Origin: Narcine bancroftii
Taxonomy: Eukaryota
NCBI RefSeq assembly: GCF_036971445.1
Contig: NC_091469.1
Span: forward strand, 234,298,001-234,362,000
Direction of reading: 5' to 3'
Length of the DNA stretch: 64,000 nucleotides
In this document: positions 12,907 through 25,439 of the stretch, one piece after another
How the letters are laid out: the number at the start of each line of letters is the position of its first letter
How positions within the stretch are numbered: the stretch's first letter is position 1
Translations under genes and position numbers: made by a program
Notes under the pieces: generated by a model
The model's input: only the letters and a program-made list of their open reading frames with translations
What the model was told of the DNA's origin: nothing
Databases searched by the model: none

Positions 12907-13040
12907 GTAAATCAATAATGTTTTATGTAGCAGAAATGATTCCAAAACTGAAAACCAGGACACAGAAGGCAGGAGGAGGTGATCAGAATGCACAACCAGG
13001 TGAAGGAGGCAAGAAAAGCAAGAAGAAGAAGAAGAAGTGA
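12907..13040 (+). CDS. SRP19: SRP19 coding exon 5 (last)
   Basis: Long pyrimidine tract then ctag|. Encodes (R)KSIMFYVAEMIPKLKTRTQKAGGGDQNAQPGEGGKKSKKKKKK, TGA at 13038-13040. The Lys-rich tail is typical of SRP19. Confidence 0.97.
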
Positions 13041-15059
13041 AATTGTTGATACTGGCTCTCGTAATTTATTTTCTAACAGTTCCTTTATAAGTTCACTGAG
13101 TATATGGTTTAGTTCTGTAACAAAGTCTGGCAGAACAATTTCTTTACATTTGCATAGTGATATGCAATTCAAAACACCATTACTTGATATTATTAGGAAC
13201 ACTTTCTTGATACTGTATTTGTGTACTGCCCATTTTACTGCATTGTAGGTATGGTCTGGCGTTGATGGTGATTGGCAATATAAACAGCACATTCTGTAGG
13301 TTTTGAAATTCTAACCAATTTTTCAGAAAACAGTAAAATCCCCATTATCTGGAATTCAAGCAACTGCAGAAAATAAATACCGAAGTTTAAAACTGGTGCT
13401 CCTGAGTGATCAGTTCGCCAATCACACAACACACAATCTCAAGTGATCAGTGTATTCACCAATCCCCATAGGTGCCAGGCACCAGGGTTTTATTGAACAT
13501 TGAAATTATTTTCACAATGTCCAACAGAACAGACCATTAATTGAAGTGAAAGCTGGATATTTGGAATTTAAATTTCATAGCTCTCAAAAACTATTTTTCT
13601 CTCAACAATCTTAATATCTGCTTTCAACATTTTGAAATTGTAAACTTTACTTTTGCCCCTGAGCAAGCTTTTCTATGCTGATGGTGTACAAGAATATATG
13701 GTTTTGATTGATATTTCTCTTTACCATTTTTATTTGATCATGTTCTGGGTTCTCCTCTGCCTGTCCTTTTGGATTAAATGCATTGCTTCCACACCAATCG
13801 GGGGGGGGGGGGGGGGGGGGGGTGGAAGAGAGAGAGATGTCTGTGAGCTATTTTAATCAGATGGACTTATCAAAATTTTTGTCATGGAACATTGTGAGCA
13901 GTTTTGGGCTCCTGGTCTAAGGAAGGTCATGTTAACATTAGAGGGTCCACAAGAATGATCCCTGGAATGAAAAGATGATCACATGAGCATTGATGGCTCT
14001 GGAACTGAAGGCACTGGAGTTCAGTAAACTGATGGGGTGATCTCATTGAAACTGAAAGAGTGGATTTTTTTTATTATGGTGAGGGAGTCTGGAACCAAAA
14101 CTTCAGAATGCAAAATTGTCCCTTTAGCACAGATGTGGAATTTCTTTGGTGAATCTATGGCATTCATTGCTCCAGAAGACTGTGGATTTAATTTGTCCAT
14201 TCTATGTTGCATCCACTATATTTTCTTCCCATCAGCCTTATCAGCTGTGACAGCAAGTTTCAATTGATCCTAGACTTATAAACCTCAATTCCTCGCTCTC
14301 TTAAATTTTTGGTTTTTTTTGCATACCTGTTCAGAGATTAGGCATACAGATGTATATTATGCACAAGGCTTGACAGATTTACCTTTAAAGGAAATTTACT
14401 TTCTTTGTTAAAGCTATACAATTGAATGGAAATTCTCAAATCATCTGCTGTGAAAAATAAAGATGACACACTGCAGGTCGAAATAACACAATGTTGAATA
14501 AATTGTATAAACATAACTTATTCTGATTTTTTTTTAAAAAAGGTCATTTGATAATAGGGTGTTTCTAGAAATTTATAACTTCACGATGCATGAACAAATA
14601 TCCCGTGCCAAGCCCAATCAGCATCAGGGACATTCTTATTCATGTCACAGTATCAACTCATAACACAAATGTCCTTGGAAAAATTTTGCAGAAACCATAC
14701 TTTCAACTTTATAAATTTACTAATTAGATTGAATAAATTGTTCAAAAAAATCAACTTCAGAAGTTTATTGGACATTCATCATACAATAAAAGGACAAGGC
14801 ATACCAGAAAACTCATCCAGAATTGAACCTATATCATTGCCAATAGCTTATGAATTTCTTGCGGCAAGCAATTAAACACAATGTAGTATTACATTAAACT
14901 TGATTATATATTTTTCCCCACTTGCTTTTGGTAAAATTGCATATATAGATAAGATATACATTTAAAGAGTGTTTAAAAAAAAACTTTCCAAAGGCAAAAT
15001 CTGAACACTCTGAATCCCAGGGAGCAAAGAATAAAGGCAAGGTTTCTAAAGGAGTTCGC

Positions 15060-15106
15060 TTAAGTGTTCTTCTCTTTTAAGATTAGGTTTGTTGCTGCTT
15101 TCTTGG
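15060..15106 (-). CDS. REEP5: REEP5 last coding exon
   Basis: Acceptor tctcttcag|. Encodes (A)KKAATNLILKEKNT then TAA, resembling human AKKATVNLLGEEKKST. Confidence 0.92.
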
Positions 15107-15254
15107 CTGAAGAGACAAATATACAAAAGTTACTTGAAAATATTGTGTCCATGATCAGCAACACCAACTACCTGCATTGTTTTGAAAGAGTTCTCCACTC
15201 ACATGTTCAAGCCATCAATTATTTTCTAATCAAGTCTAAAGAATAAATATTAGT

Positions 15255-16130
15255 AGACATAAAAACACAAAATGCTGGAGGAACTCAGGCCAAACAGTGT
15301 CTTTTATTTAACAAAGGTAAAGATGCACAACCAATGTTTTGGGCTTAAGCCCTTCAAAGTATGAAAAAAATGCTGGCTAAGGCAAGAGATGATAGGTGGA
15401 GAAAGGGACAGCAGTTTTGAGGGGGAGGAAGGATGGCTGGATGGATGGAAGAAATGGAAAGATAGGAAAAGGGGAGGGGAAAGAAAAGGCAAGCAGGTTT
15501 AATGGAAACCAGTAAAGTCAATGTTAATGCTGTCTGACTTGAGAGTGCCTAGATGGAAAAATGGTGTTCTTCCTCCAGTGTGCAGCTGAACTGGGTGAGA
15601 CAGATGTGAGCACAGGAGTATGATTCAGAGTTAAAATGGTTGGCCACTGGGAGGTTTCTGTGTTTACCAACTGAGAGAAGGTGCTGAGCGAAGTGATCTC
15701 CCAATCTGCCACCGGTCTTTCCGGTGTACAGAATGCCACAAAGGGTGCACCTGATGCAGTGAACAATTTATCTGGATGTACAAGTGTAGTGTGGTTTCAC
15801 TTGAAAGGCCTGTTTGTGACCCCTGATCGTGGTGAGGGAGGAGGTGTGGGCACAAGTGTTGCACCTCCTGAGAGCACGGGAAGGTGCATAAAAGGATGAG
15901 TGCAAGAGGGAATCGCGGAGGGAGTGGTCTGCAGAAGGCCGAGAGGGGAGGCGAAGGAAAAATGTGTCTAGTGGTGGGATCCTGTTGTAAGTGCCATAAA
16001 TTCTGGCCGATAATGTGTTGGATGCAGAGGCTGGTGGGGTAGTAGTTAAGGATAAGGGGGAATTCTATGTTTGTTGTGTCTGGGAGCAGAGGGGGCTAGG
16101 GCAGATGAGCAGGAAATGCAGAGGCTAATT
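15255..16130 (-). mobile_element. Penelope-like element remnant
   Basis: Minus strand resembles a degenerate GIY-YIG region followed by a pyrimidine-rich tail and a CTGAGTTCCTCCAGCATTTTGTG terminus. Confidence 0.65.
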
Positions 16131-16745
16131 AGTGTATACACAAATGGTACAATATGAGGAGTTGAAATAGGACTGTTGATGGTTCCATTCTGTATGGATA
16201 GATCACAAGATGTAGGAGCAGAAATGGGATTTTCAGCCCATTAAGGCTGCCCCAATATTCAATCAAGATCACGTCAGCCGTTTTGTACAATCCTAAATTT
16301 TGATGCAGTTTCATAGTTTGACAGCACATAAACAAGCCTTTCAGACTATGCTGACCTTCTAATAATATAGATTATCTATTTACCAGCATTTAGTCTGTAG
16401 CTTTCAAGAGCTGGTCTGGATAGTTATTAAATGTAACTTGCCTCCACCACGGAGTCCCCAATTATCAGAAGCTGAGCAGCATAGCAATCTCAGATCAGCA
16501 CCCAAATCAATAATCTTCCATGAATCATCCTAAATGCTTGACCCAGATCACATCTAATACTACTCTGAATCCACCCCATTGAAATGCCAAAGCATTACAG
16601 AAGGCATGTCCCATCAAGCCTCCTCCTTTGGAATAGATTTGCTTTGAGAAAGGCATTTCAGGGTCTGGAAAAACATTTAGTTTTTAAAAAGGTTAGAAGA
16701 TATGCTCACAAATCTACCAGAGTAAAATAATCTTTTGCATCTTAC

Positions 16746-16914
16746 CATTTTCTCTTATGCTATCTGCAGCTTCTGAGGCCCGATCACCCAGATTTTTCAC
16801 AACTTTGTCCAGTTGAGCCTCATGCTTCAAAAAGAAAGTGCGGATGAAACGCTTGTAGATTAACTGAGAGCCATTGCTGGAGGTGGGAGACATGCACCAA
16901 ACCAGGAAAGCGCA
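16746..16914 (-). CDS. REEP5: REEP5 penultimate coding exon (probably exon 4)
   Basis: Acceptor atttag|. 169 nt encoding CAFLVWCMSPTSSNGSQLIYKRFIRTFFLKHEAQLDKVVKNLGDRASEAADSIREN. Donor G|GTAAGA. In frame with the previous exon. Confidence 0.95.
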
Positions 16915-18154
16915 CTAAATATCAGAAGAGAGGAGATACTTTATTGGTATTGCATAAACCTTTATCAACCATTCTTTAAGATATTTTACAGTACATTTGA
17001 TTGCTGTCAGTTCTGTTTGGATTATTTGTTACAAAACCTACAATTAGCAATCACTTCAGATGTAATATTTGGTTTAAAAATTAGAAAAATAATCAGACTC
17101 TACCTCTAACATAAACAGTATACAACAAAGCAGGAAGATACCTATTATTTCATTGTAAATTAAAGTGCATGGCTGGGGCAACAAGTAAGCAAAGAGGGGG
17201 TTGAGAGAGGAAAAGGAGAGGACAGAACTAGGAGTAAGTGTGGTAGCTGAAACTTCTGGCAAAGCTTCACCTTGTTCATTCTTGGACGTGCAAGATCAGG
17301 AAAGATAGTTTTGTGTCCTTGGAGAGAAATTACTATACAGGTGCTCCCCGTACTTACAATGGTTGGAATCCATACTTCCAATTTCGAATTGCTCTGATCT
17401 GTTCCCACGCTTGCGGTATGCTCCATTCTCACGATGCTGTGCAATGGCAGCATCGCAAGAGTATCGAACAGCTACTTCGGGATGTATTTGCCTCTAAAGT
17501 ACACTAGTTTTCATTTGTGAATCAAAATATTTTTTGAATATCCAGCCTGTTGGGCACAAAGATGAACTCAGAACAATGCACCACTCTAAAGCCCATGCCT
17601 AACAATGGGAAAGTCGCTGCTGAGGAAGCTCAGCATTATTAGGAAGCTAATATTTTACCTTTTATGATTAAGATATAATTCTGGTTCTGTCAATGGGCAC
17701 TTGCATCAACAGATGATTTCTGAGCCTACATGAAGTGTCCTCAGAATTTACTGCTTTTTGGAATAATACCTAATGACTGATAGGCACAGACATTCACCAA
17801 CTCAGTGCTGAAATTTATAAGGGAGGTAGCGCTGCAAAGGCTGTGTGGTGATCCAGAGCATCTTAAGACATGCCTTAAGACAACCTTATATCGTTCCCTA
17901 CGATACAGTCATTGACATTGCAGAAATTTATCCTTACAACCGAAAAAATAAAATATTGAATAACATTTATGAAGTTTGAGAAATGATAAAAAGGTGCAAA
18001 GTTAAAATGTCTTTAATTTATTTTTTTTTAAAAAGTAAACGCAGATACTGTGTGCTTTTATACTGCTCAGCAGTTATTTTTCGTAAGCATTTTCTTTTTT
18101 ATTTACCATGAAGATATCTGAAACAGAGCCAGCAAGTTTACGTGCAAGTTGTAA

Positions 18155-19173
18155 CACCAAGACACAAGAGCAACTTGTCCGTGTGCTACTCTTTGCAGAC
18201 GATGCCGCTTTAGTTGCCCACTCAGAGCCAGCTCTTCACCGCTTGACGTCCTGTTTTGCGGAAACTGCCAAAATGTTTGGCCTGGAAGTCAGCCTGAAGA
18301 AAACTGAGGTCCTCCATCAGCCAGCTCCCCACCATGACTACCAGCCCCCCCACATCACCATCGGGCACACAAAACTCAAAACGGTCAACCAGTTTACCTA
18401 TCTTGGCTGCACCATTTCATTGGATGCAAGGATCGACAACGAGATAGACAACAGACTCGCCAAGGCAAATAGCGCCTTTGGAAGACTACACAAGAGTCTG
18501 GAAAAACAACCAACAGAAAAACCTCACAAAGATTAGTGTATACAGAGCTGTTGTCATAACCACATTCCTGTTCGGCTCCGAATCATGGGTCCTCTACCGG
18601 CATCACCTATGGCTCCTAGAGCGCTTTCACCAGCGTTGTCTCCGCTCCATCCTCAACATTCATTGGAGCGACTTCATCCCCAACATCGAAGTACTCGAGA
18701 TGGCAGAGGCCGACAGCATTGAATCCACACCGCTGAAGATCCAACTGCGCTGGGCAGGTCACGTCTCCAAAATGGAGGTCCCTCGCCTTCCCAAGATCGT
18801 GTTATATGGCGAGCTCTCCACTGGCCACCGTGATAGAGGTGCACCAAAGAAGAGGCACAAGGACTGCCTAAAGAAATCTCTTGGTGCCTGCCACATTGAC
18901 CACCGCCAGTGGGCTGATATCGCCTCCAACCGTGCATCTTGGCGCCTCACAGTTCGGTGGGCAGCAACCTCCTTTGAAGAAGACCGCAGAGCCCATCTCA
19001 CTGACAAAAGAGGAAAAACCCAACACCCAACCCCAACCAACCAATTTTCCCCTGCAACTGCTGCAACTGTGTCTGCCTGTCCCGCATCGGACTTGTCAGC
19101 TACAAACGAGCCTGCAGCTGACGTGGACATTACCCCCTCCATAAATCTTCTTCCGCGAAGCCAAGCCAAAGAA
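18155..19173 (+). mobile_element. Young 5'-truncated RTE-clade LINE
   Basis: ORFs 18108-18536 (LLFADDAAL, FTYLG, RLAKANSAFGRL) and 18478-19179 (TKISVYRAVV, LRWAGHV, RLPKIVLYGEL) joined by a frameshift. 3' end CGAAGCCAAGCCAAAGAA. CpG retained. Confidence 0.92.
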
Positions 19174-19704
19174 TCCTAAATGACCATGCAAAGGAATTTC
19201 ACCAGTAAATGCGTTTTACAAAGCAGGAGGAAAACATTACGCGATAGCTAAACCCATGGCTTGCTACAACAAGTATAGACATTTGTGTTTGGAAACAGTT
19301 GCTGGCCACTTAAGAGATTTGTCAATTGACAAAGGAATCTCTTAAGTGGCCCTCTGCTGTGAACCAGCAGCTGTGGATATACTATTATCACCACTGACAC
19401 CAAGAAAACGACAAATGAAAAACAGGATTTTGCACAATGGGGAAAAAAAATCAATACAGACAATTTTATAGGAATACAGCCCTTCCTTAATACAGGGTCG
19501 CTAATACTTCTCTGTAAATGTAACTGGCATTGGAAACAATACTTGTATTTATTCAATAACTGAATATTCAATACATTTTGAAAATAGAAAGTTCCAACAT
19601 TTAGCAATTATTAAGATTCTCACTGGAATGAGGAATGGTGGAAAGACTGACTGACTATTCTAAGCTCGCAGTTATAAATTTGTGACTACCTCAACTTGGA
19701 ACCT

Positions 19705-20240
19705 CCAGGATGGCTGAATGGTTACCAACAACAATATTGCACTCAATGTCACCAAAACTAAGGAGCTAATTGTTGACTTCAGGAAAGGAAAGCCAGAAGT
19801 ATACAATTCAATGATTACTGGGAGAATCAGAGGTGGAGAGAATGTTCTTGGGATTCACCATCTTGGAGGATCTTTCCTGTACCCAACACACTAATAGCAT
19901 AGCGAAGAAGGCACATCAGTGTCTCTACTTCCTCAGGAGTTTGTGGAGGTTTGGTATGACACCAGAAACCCTGGCAAATTTCTACAATGTGATGGAAAGT
20001 CTGCTGACTGGCTGCATCACAGTCTGGTATGGGGACCAGACCCTTAAGCTTAAAGCCCTCCAAAAGGTAGTGGCCACAGCCCAGGACATCACAAGGAAAA
20101 CCCTACCTGCCATCATGAACATCTAAGGGGAACACTGTATTGCACAGTTTGTTTACATTCGCCATCTGTTTCCTTACTAATTAGTGGTAATTCTGCCTCA
20201 CCAGCAGGAAAAAGAATCTCAGGGTTGTATCTGCTGCATG
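19705..20240 (+). mobile_element. Rex1/Babar-type LINE 3' fragment
   Basis: ALNVTKTKELIVDFRK, KKAHQCLYFLRSL and ESLLTGCITVWYG motifs, GACAATAAA tail. Confidence 0.8.
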
Positions 20241-20994
20241 CTCTCTGACAATAAATCTTAATCATGCTTCTTCTATCCAAGTTCTGCATAATGTTACCAA
20301 TTATGATTTTAAAAAGAGCAAATGCTGGCTTATTCTACAAGATCAATTTTAAAAAAAGTCAAGGCAACCTTGAACATTTTTCCTTGATTTTAGGACAATA
20401 AAAGGTAATCTAGACTACCCTTTTTCTTAATTCCTTTTAGATTGCTATAAAGCTAAACCATGTCCTCATACTTGAATGAATGGTTCAGAACTGAAACCTT
20501 CGCTATCCTTGATTTCCTATAGATACCTCATGACCTGCCAAGTTTCTCTGGCACATTTGTGCATTCCACCATGTCCTCATTTGTCTTTCAGTTCTTTGTT
20601 TTACCTGGTCTTCTTTCAAAGCACGTTCTAAATGCTGGTCATGGATAAATTTGACTGAAGGGCCTTTTTCTGTGCTGTCAAACTCTGACCATAAATTCAA
20701 CCAAAGGGAAATGGAGGCTTTTCCATGAAGCATGAAAATATAATATTAATAGCATCAGGTATATGAAATATACCAATCCTATCCAAGTGCAACTGGCCAA
20801 CTCTTTCTTCACTACATTAGTGACTGCATTGGTGTTGTCTCTTGAACCAGTGCAGAATTTGACAATTTCAATCATTTCATTGCCAACTTCCACCCCACCC
20901 TTGTAAATTTACTTGGGACTGTTTGACACCTCTCTCCCTTTAAATCTCATTCTCAAGAGTGAAATATTACAAGCTCATCTTTCATTTAGTGTGA

Positions 20995-23445
20995 ATATCA
21001 CTTTAAGGGAGGTCATGGAACCATTGGGAAGTAGTGATCAAAACATGATCGAGTTCAGTTTCAAATTTGAAAAGGAGAAGCTGATATCAGGCGTGTCAAT
21101 ATTTCAGTGGAACAAAAGGAAATTATAGTGGCATGAGAGAGGAACTGGCCCAAGTTGATTGAGTAAGCAAGTTGGAGGGACAGCAGAGCAGAATTGGACG
21201 ATATTTCTACAAGAAATACAGTGCAGATTAGATATATTCCAAGAAAAAAAGAAAATTACAAATGGTAAAATGGCACAATGAGGCTAATAAGAGGTTAAGA
21301 TTAAAATAAAAGCAAAAAGAGCATACAAGGAAGCAAAAATCAGTGGAGTAGGAAACTTAAAAAATTATTAGGAAATGAAAGGAAGTTGGCAAATAACATA
21401 CAAAATGATATTAATAGTTTTTGTAAATATATAAAGTGTAAAAGAGAAACACAGATATGGGACTGATTGAAAATGATGCTGGAGAAATTATAATGGGTAA
21501 CAAAGAAATGGAAGAGGAACTAAATGAGTATTTTGCATCAGTCATCATTGAGGAAGACAAAAGCAATATACCCAAAAGAGGTTTCAGGGAATAGAAGAAA
21601 ACACAGTCAGGATTACGAGAGAGATGGTGAGCCATGGTCTCTTTAAAATTTTTACTGGAATAAAATGTGGTGTGCTGAGGTAGCAGCAAGCAAGCAGAAA
21701 CTCAAAAGACTGGACAACAGGCTTTATCCCAGTAAAAGTCTGAACACCAGTTCATGACTTGGTTGCTCCCCATGTGATTGGCTCTGGAGGGGCCGGCTCA
21801 GGTTTATATTAAGGTCAGCTGATTGACAGTGGCCAGGTGGAGTCAGACCCTTAGGTGGTCTTCCTGCAGGTAGAGATATCGCCTAGCTGGTAGTTGTATC
21901 ACCACAGATGGTGCTTAGTAAGATCAATGGACAAAAATAGTTAAGTCTCCCAGACCAGATGAGGTGCACTCACAGGTTCTGAAGGAGGTGGCTTTGGAGA
22001 TTGTGGAGGCATTAGAATTGATTTTCCAGAAATCAATAGACTCTGGCATGGTTTGAGAGGATTGGAGAGTTGCAAATGTAGTTCCACTGCTTAAGAAAAG
22101 ATGGAGGCAGAGAGAAAAAAAGGAAATTGTAGGCCTATTAGTCTAATGTTGGTTGTTGGAATGTTATTGGAGTTGATCCTCAAAGATGTGGTTATGAAAT
22201 ACCTAGAGGTGGTGCATGGCATGATAGGTCCAAGCCAGCATAGATAAGGGAGATGCTGTGAATGTTGTTTATTTGGATTTTCAAAAGGCCTTTGATAAGG
22301 TGCTGCATAAGAGGCTGCTTAATAAGATGAGACCCCATGGAATTACAAGAAAGCTATTAGATTGGGTGGAACATTGGCTGAAAGGCAGGAAGAAAAGGGT
22401 AGGAATAAAAGGATAAGTGTTCTGGTTGATTGCCGGTTACTAGTGTAATTCTGTAGGGGTCAGTGTTAGGACCGCTCCTTTTTACAATGTATATTAACGA
22501 TCTAGATTATGGACCGAATGGTTTTGTGGCTAAGTTTGCAGATGACACCAAGATAGGTGGTGGAGCAGGAAGTGTTGAAGAAACCGAAAGGTTGCAGAGA
22601 GACTTGGACAGTTTAGAAGAGTGAGCAAAGAAATGGCAGATGAGATACAATGTTGAGAAATATATGGTTGTACATTTTGGAAGAGGAAATAAAAAGGCAG
22701 ATCATTATTTGGATGGGGAGAAAATCTAAAATTCGAAAGTGCAAAGGGACTTGGGATTCCTTGTGCAGGATAATTAAAGGTTAACCACCAGGTTGGATTG
22801 GCATTAAAAAAAAGTGATGCTATGTTAGTATTAATTTCAAGAGGAATAGTGTACAAGGATGAAGAGGTGTTAATGAGGCTCTATGGGGCACTGGTGAGAC
22901 TTCATTTGGAGAACTGTGTGCAGTTTTGGGCCCCTTAGAAAGGGTGTAATAATGTTGGAGAGAGTACAGAGAAGATTTGCCAGGATGATTATATAGGGCT
23001 AACATACGAGGAACGTTTAGAGGCTCTTGGACTGTATTCATTGGAATATAGAAGAATGAGAGGAGACCTCATAGAAATCTATCGAATGCTGAAAGGATTG
23101 GATAGAGTAGAAGTGATTAAGATGCTTTCCTTGGTAGGTGAATCCAGGACAAGAGGGCATGGTGTTAGAATAGAAGGTACCCATTTAAAACTGAGATAAG
23201 GAGAAATTTCTTTAGCCAGAGGGTTGTGGATTTGTGGAACTCATTGCCGCATACAGCTGTGGAGGCCAGATTATCGGGGGAGTTTAAGGAGGAGAGTGAC
23301 AGATATCTAACTAGTCAAAGTATTAAGGGAGTCTGTGGAAAAGGTAGGAATTTGGAACTAGATGTGAGAACACTTTAGCTCTGAGTGGATTTGGAGAGTA
23401 GACTTGATAGGCCAAATTGCCTACTTTTGCTCCTTTATCTTATTT
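20995..23445 (+). mobile_element. Decayed CR1 LINE (~2.2 kb) with an LTR insertion
   Basis: EPLGSSDQNMIEF, SPRPD, DFQKAFDKV, KFADDTK and VQFWAP motifs, then a 3' UTR. Confidence 0.9.
21666..21906 (-). mobile_element. LTR related to 3966-4283
   Basis: TGTGGTG...CACCACA termini. The minus strand shares TACCTGCAGGA, CACCTGGCC and CTGTCAATCAG blocks with the 3966 LTR. Confidence 0.75.
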
Positions 23446-23452
23446 GATCTAG

Positions 23453-23467
23453 TGTGATCTATAGAGA

Positions 23468-23505
<38 letters not shown>

Positions 23506-25122
23506 TGCAACCATTCATAGGTGTGGAAGAGCAAGAACATTTAAGTTAAAGGCTACATCACATAACACTACATTTAGAATGTAACAAACAAGAAAGTCTT
23601 TAACTTTGTCTAGTTATCAGAGCTCAGTTGTTGCTTTATCCAGAGAGGGAGGTGGCAAGAGAGTCATGTGAGTGGGACACTAGAGGAAACAGCATTCAGT
23701 ATTGACCACCAGCCATCTTGTGGAACACTGTGAAATGGAGAATTAAGAGGATTCTTCCTGTAAGGGGAATTATTGAACCATACTGAGACCAAAGGAAAGG
23801 TCACTCAACTGACCCATACCTAGTTTGTATCGTGGAAATCACACGTTTTGTTTCCCCTATGCAAGGCAAAGGGGAGTTGTGACAACCATTTGACCGAAAA
23901 GGTATTTCTCAGCAAGAAACTCGACAAGGATGAGTGAGATTTCAGCACTCTGGTCAATCAGTCTCTCCCACCTCCTTCGTGATTACTTCTGGGCATCAGT
24001 TTAAGAGTCTGCGTTTCGACAAAGGATTTCTAAGACAGAACTTTGGACTGACTTTCCAGAATTGTGCCCAAGCTGTAATGTTTTGGATATCCCACACATA
24101 TAGACAAGTATATTAGCACATTATGACAGATTATATTGTGTTTTATATTATATATAGGATAAGTTGGGGCAGGGTTTTAGTGTAGGTCACGTACAAACAT
24201 TTCAGAACAGATCACATTTAAAATATTGGAGCTCTGTTCAAGCTAGGCAGACTGGCTCAGAGTACCTTTGCAAAAGCTTTGAAGAGTGCCCAAAGGACTT
24301 CACTAATGGAATGTTGTTTTGAAAAGCAACAGATGGAACAACTCGGAGGATTAGATCCGGAGTCCCAGGCTGTCTGAGTGCAGCTTGCTGTTCTAAAAGG
24401 TTCATGTGGTTTTGCAACCAGAGTCTAACAGGCTTTTTTCTCTGGGAGAGAATTCAGTTCAGCAGCAGCTGACAAGCTGGTGAAAAAACCCCATTTGGAG
24501 ACGGGTTGTGAGTTCTTAGTTCAACCTGGTCAAAGCCCTTGTGGTTTATGCAAGAGGAGAGGACTGGCTGTGTAATGTTTTACTTGAAATAAGAGAAACA
24601 AAAAGGAACTCTGTGGTGACCTGAAAGAAAGAAGTTATCATCTTTGCCCGATGGAGCAAGTTTCTTTGGTAAGACACTGTCGTGGCTGATTAGGAGTCAG
24701 TTTCTGTCCAGCGACCAACAAATCTCTCTCCGAAAACCGACAAGAACCTTCCTGAGCGGTAACCATTTACCTTTAAAGCACCAAAGCCTGGTGAAGATTC
24801 ATCAGCGTTAAATTCTGTGCACAGTATAAGAATTGTCTGATACCAGTGAACTTGGAGGAGTGAGAAGTGAGATTGGACTGTGAATCAAAGAACTTTTCTG
24901 AACTTACACACACATTACATACATGTGCACTTAGAATTAGAAGGGGGTTAAATAAGTTAATAGAGATAAGTTAAAGTGTGATCCTGTTTTCATGTTTAAA
25001 GATAATTAAAAGTAACTTTTCTTTAAGTAACCACTTATCTTGGTGAATTTCTATTGCTGCTGGGTTTTGGGGTCCTCTGGCCCCGTAACAACATCATTGG
25101 GTTTGATTCAATACTACCGTTA
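23453..25122 (+). mobile_element. Nested solo LTRs: inner LTR 24122-25090 inside a probable older LTR
   Basis: Inner element TATGAC...GTAACA with exact 4-bp TSD ACAT (24118-24121 and 25091-25094). Outer element starts TGTGATC and ends near CGTTATA, with less certain boundaries. Confidence 0.65.
23470..23502. repeat. (CA)16 microsatellite
   Basis: Perfect dinucleotide run. Confidence 0.98.
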
Positions 25123-25439
25123 TATCTGCTCTCAGCCCTATGGCAGCCTGCTCCAAACACCCAATGTTCTCTGTGTAAAATATTTGCCCCTCCCCAACCT
25201 TAAAAGTATCCTCTGGTGTGTGATGCTGTTACCCTGGGGAAAAGGTTCTGATTGTCCACCCTATTAATGCTTATCATAATTTTATTTACCTTTATCAGGT
25301 CTCCCATCAATCTTCTCTGCTCAAGAGAAAACATCCAATTTTGTCCAATCTCTACCCTAAAAGCAAGCAACATCCTGGTAAACCTCTTCTGAGTGCTTTC
25401 CAAAGCTTCCACAGCCTTCCTTAATGGGATGATCAGAAT

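Noticed and set aside
12901-12912. AG|GTAAAT at SRP19 exon 5 as a recursive splice site
   Set aside because: The GT is explained by the split Arg codon (C|GT AAA), and the intron is short.
13800-13822. Long poly-G/C tracts (also near 8985, 9823, 33343, 40091, 49575, 54009) as functional G-quadruplexes
   Set aside because: Simple homopolymers scattered through repeats, with unreliable lengths and no functional context.
18108-19179. RTE ORFs as a domesticated gene or active element
   Set aside because: 5'-truncated, frameshifted and multi-copy within the window.
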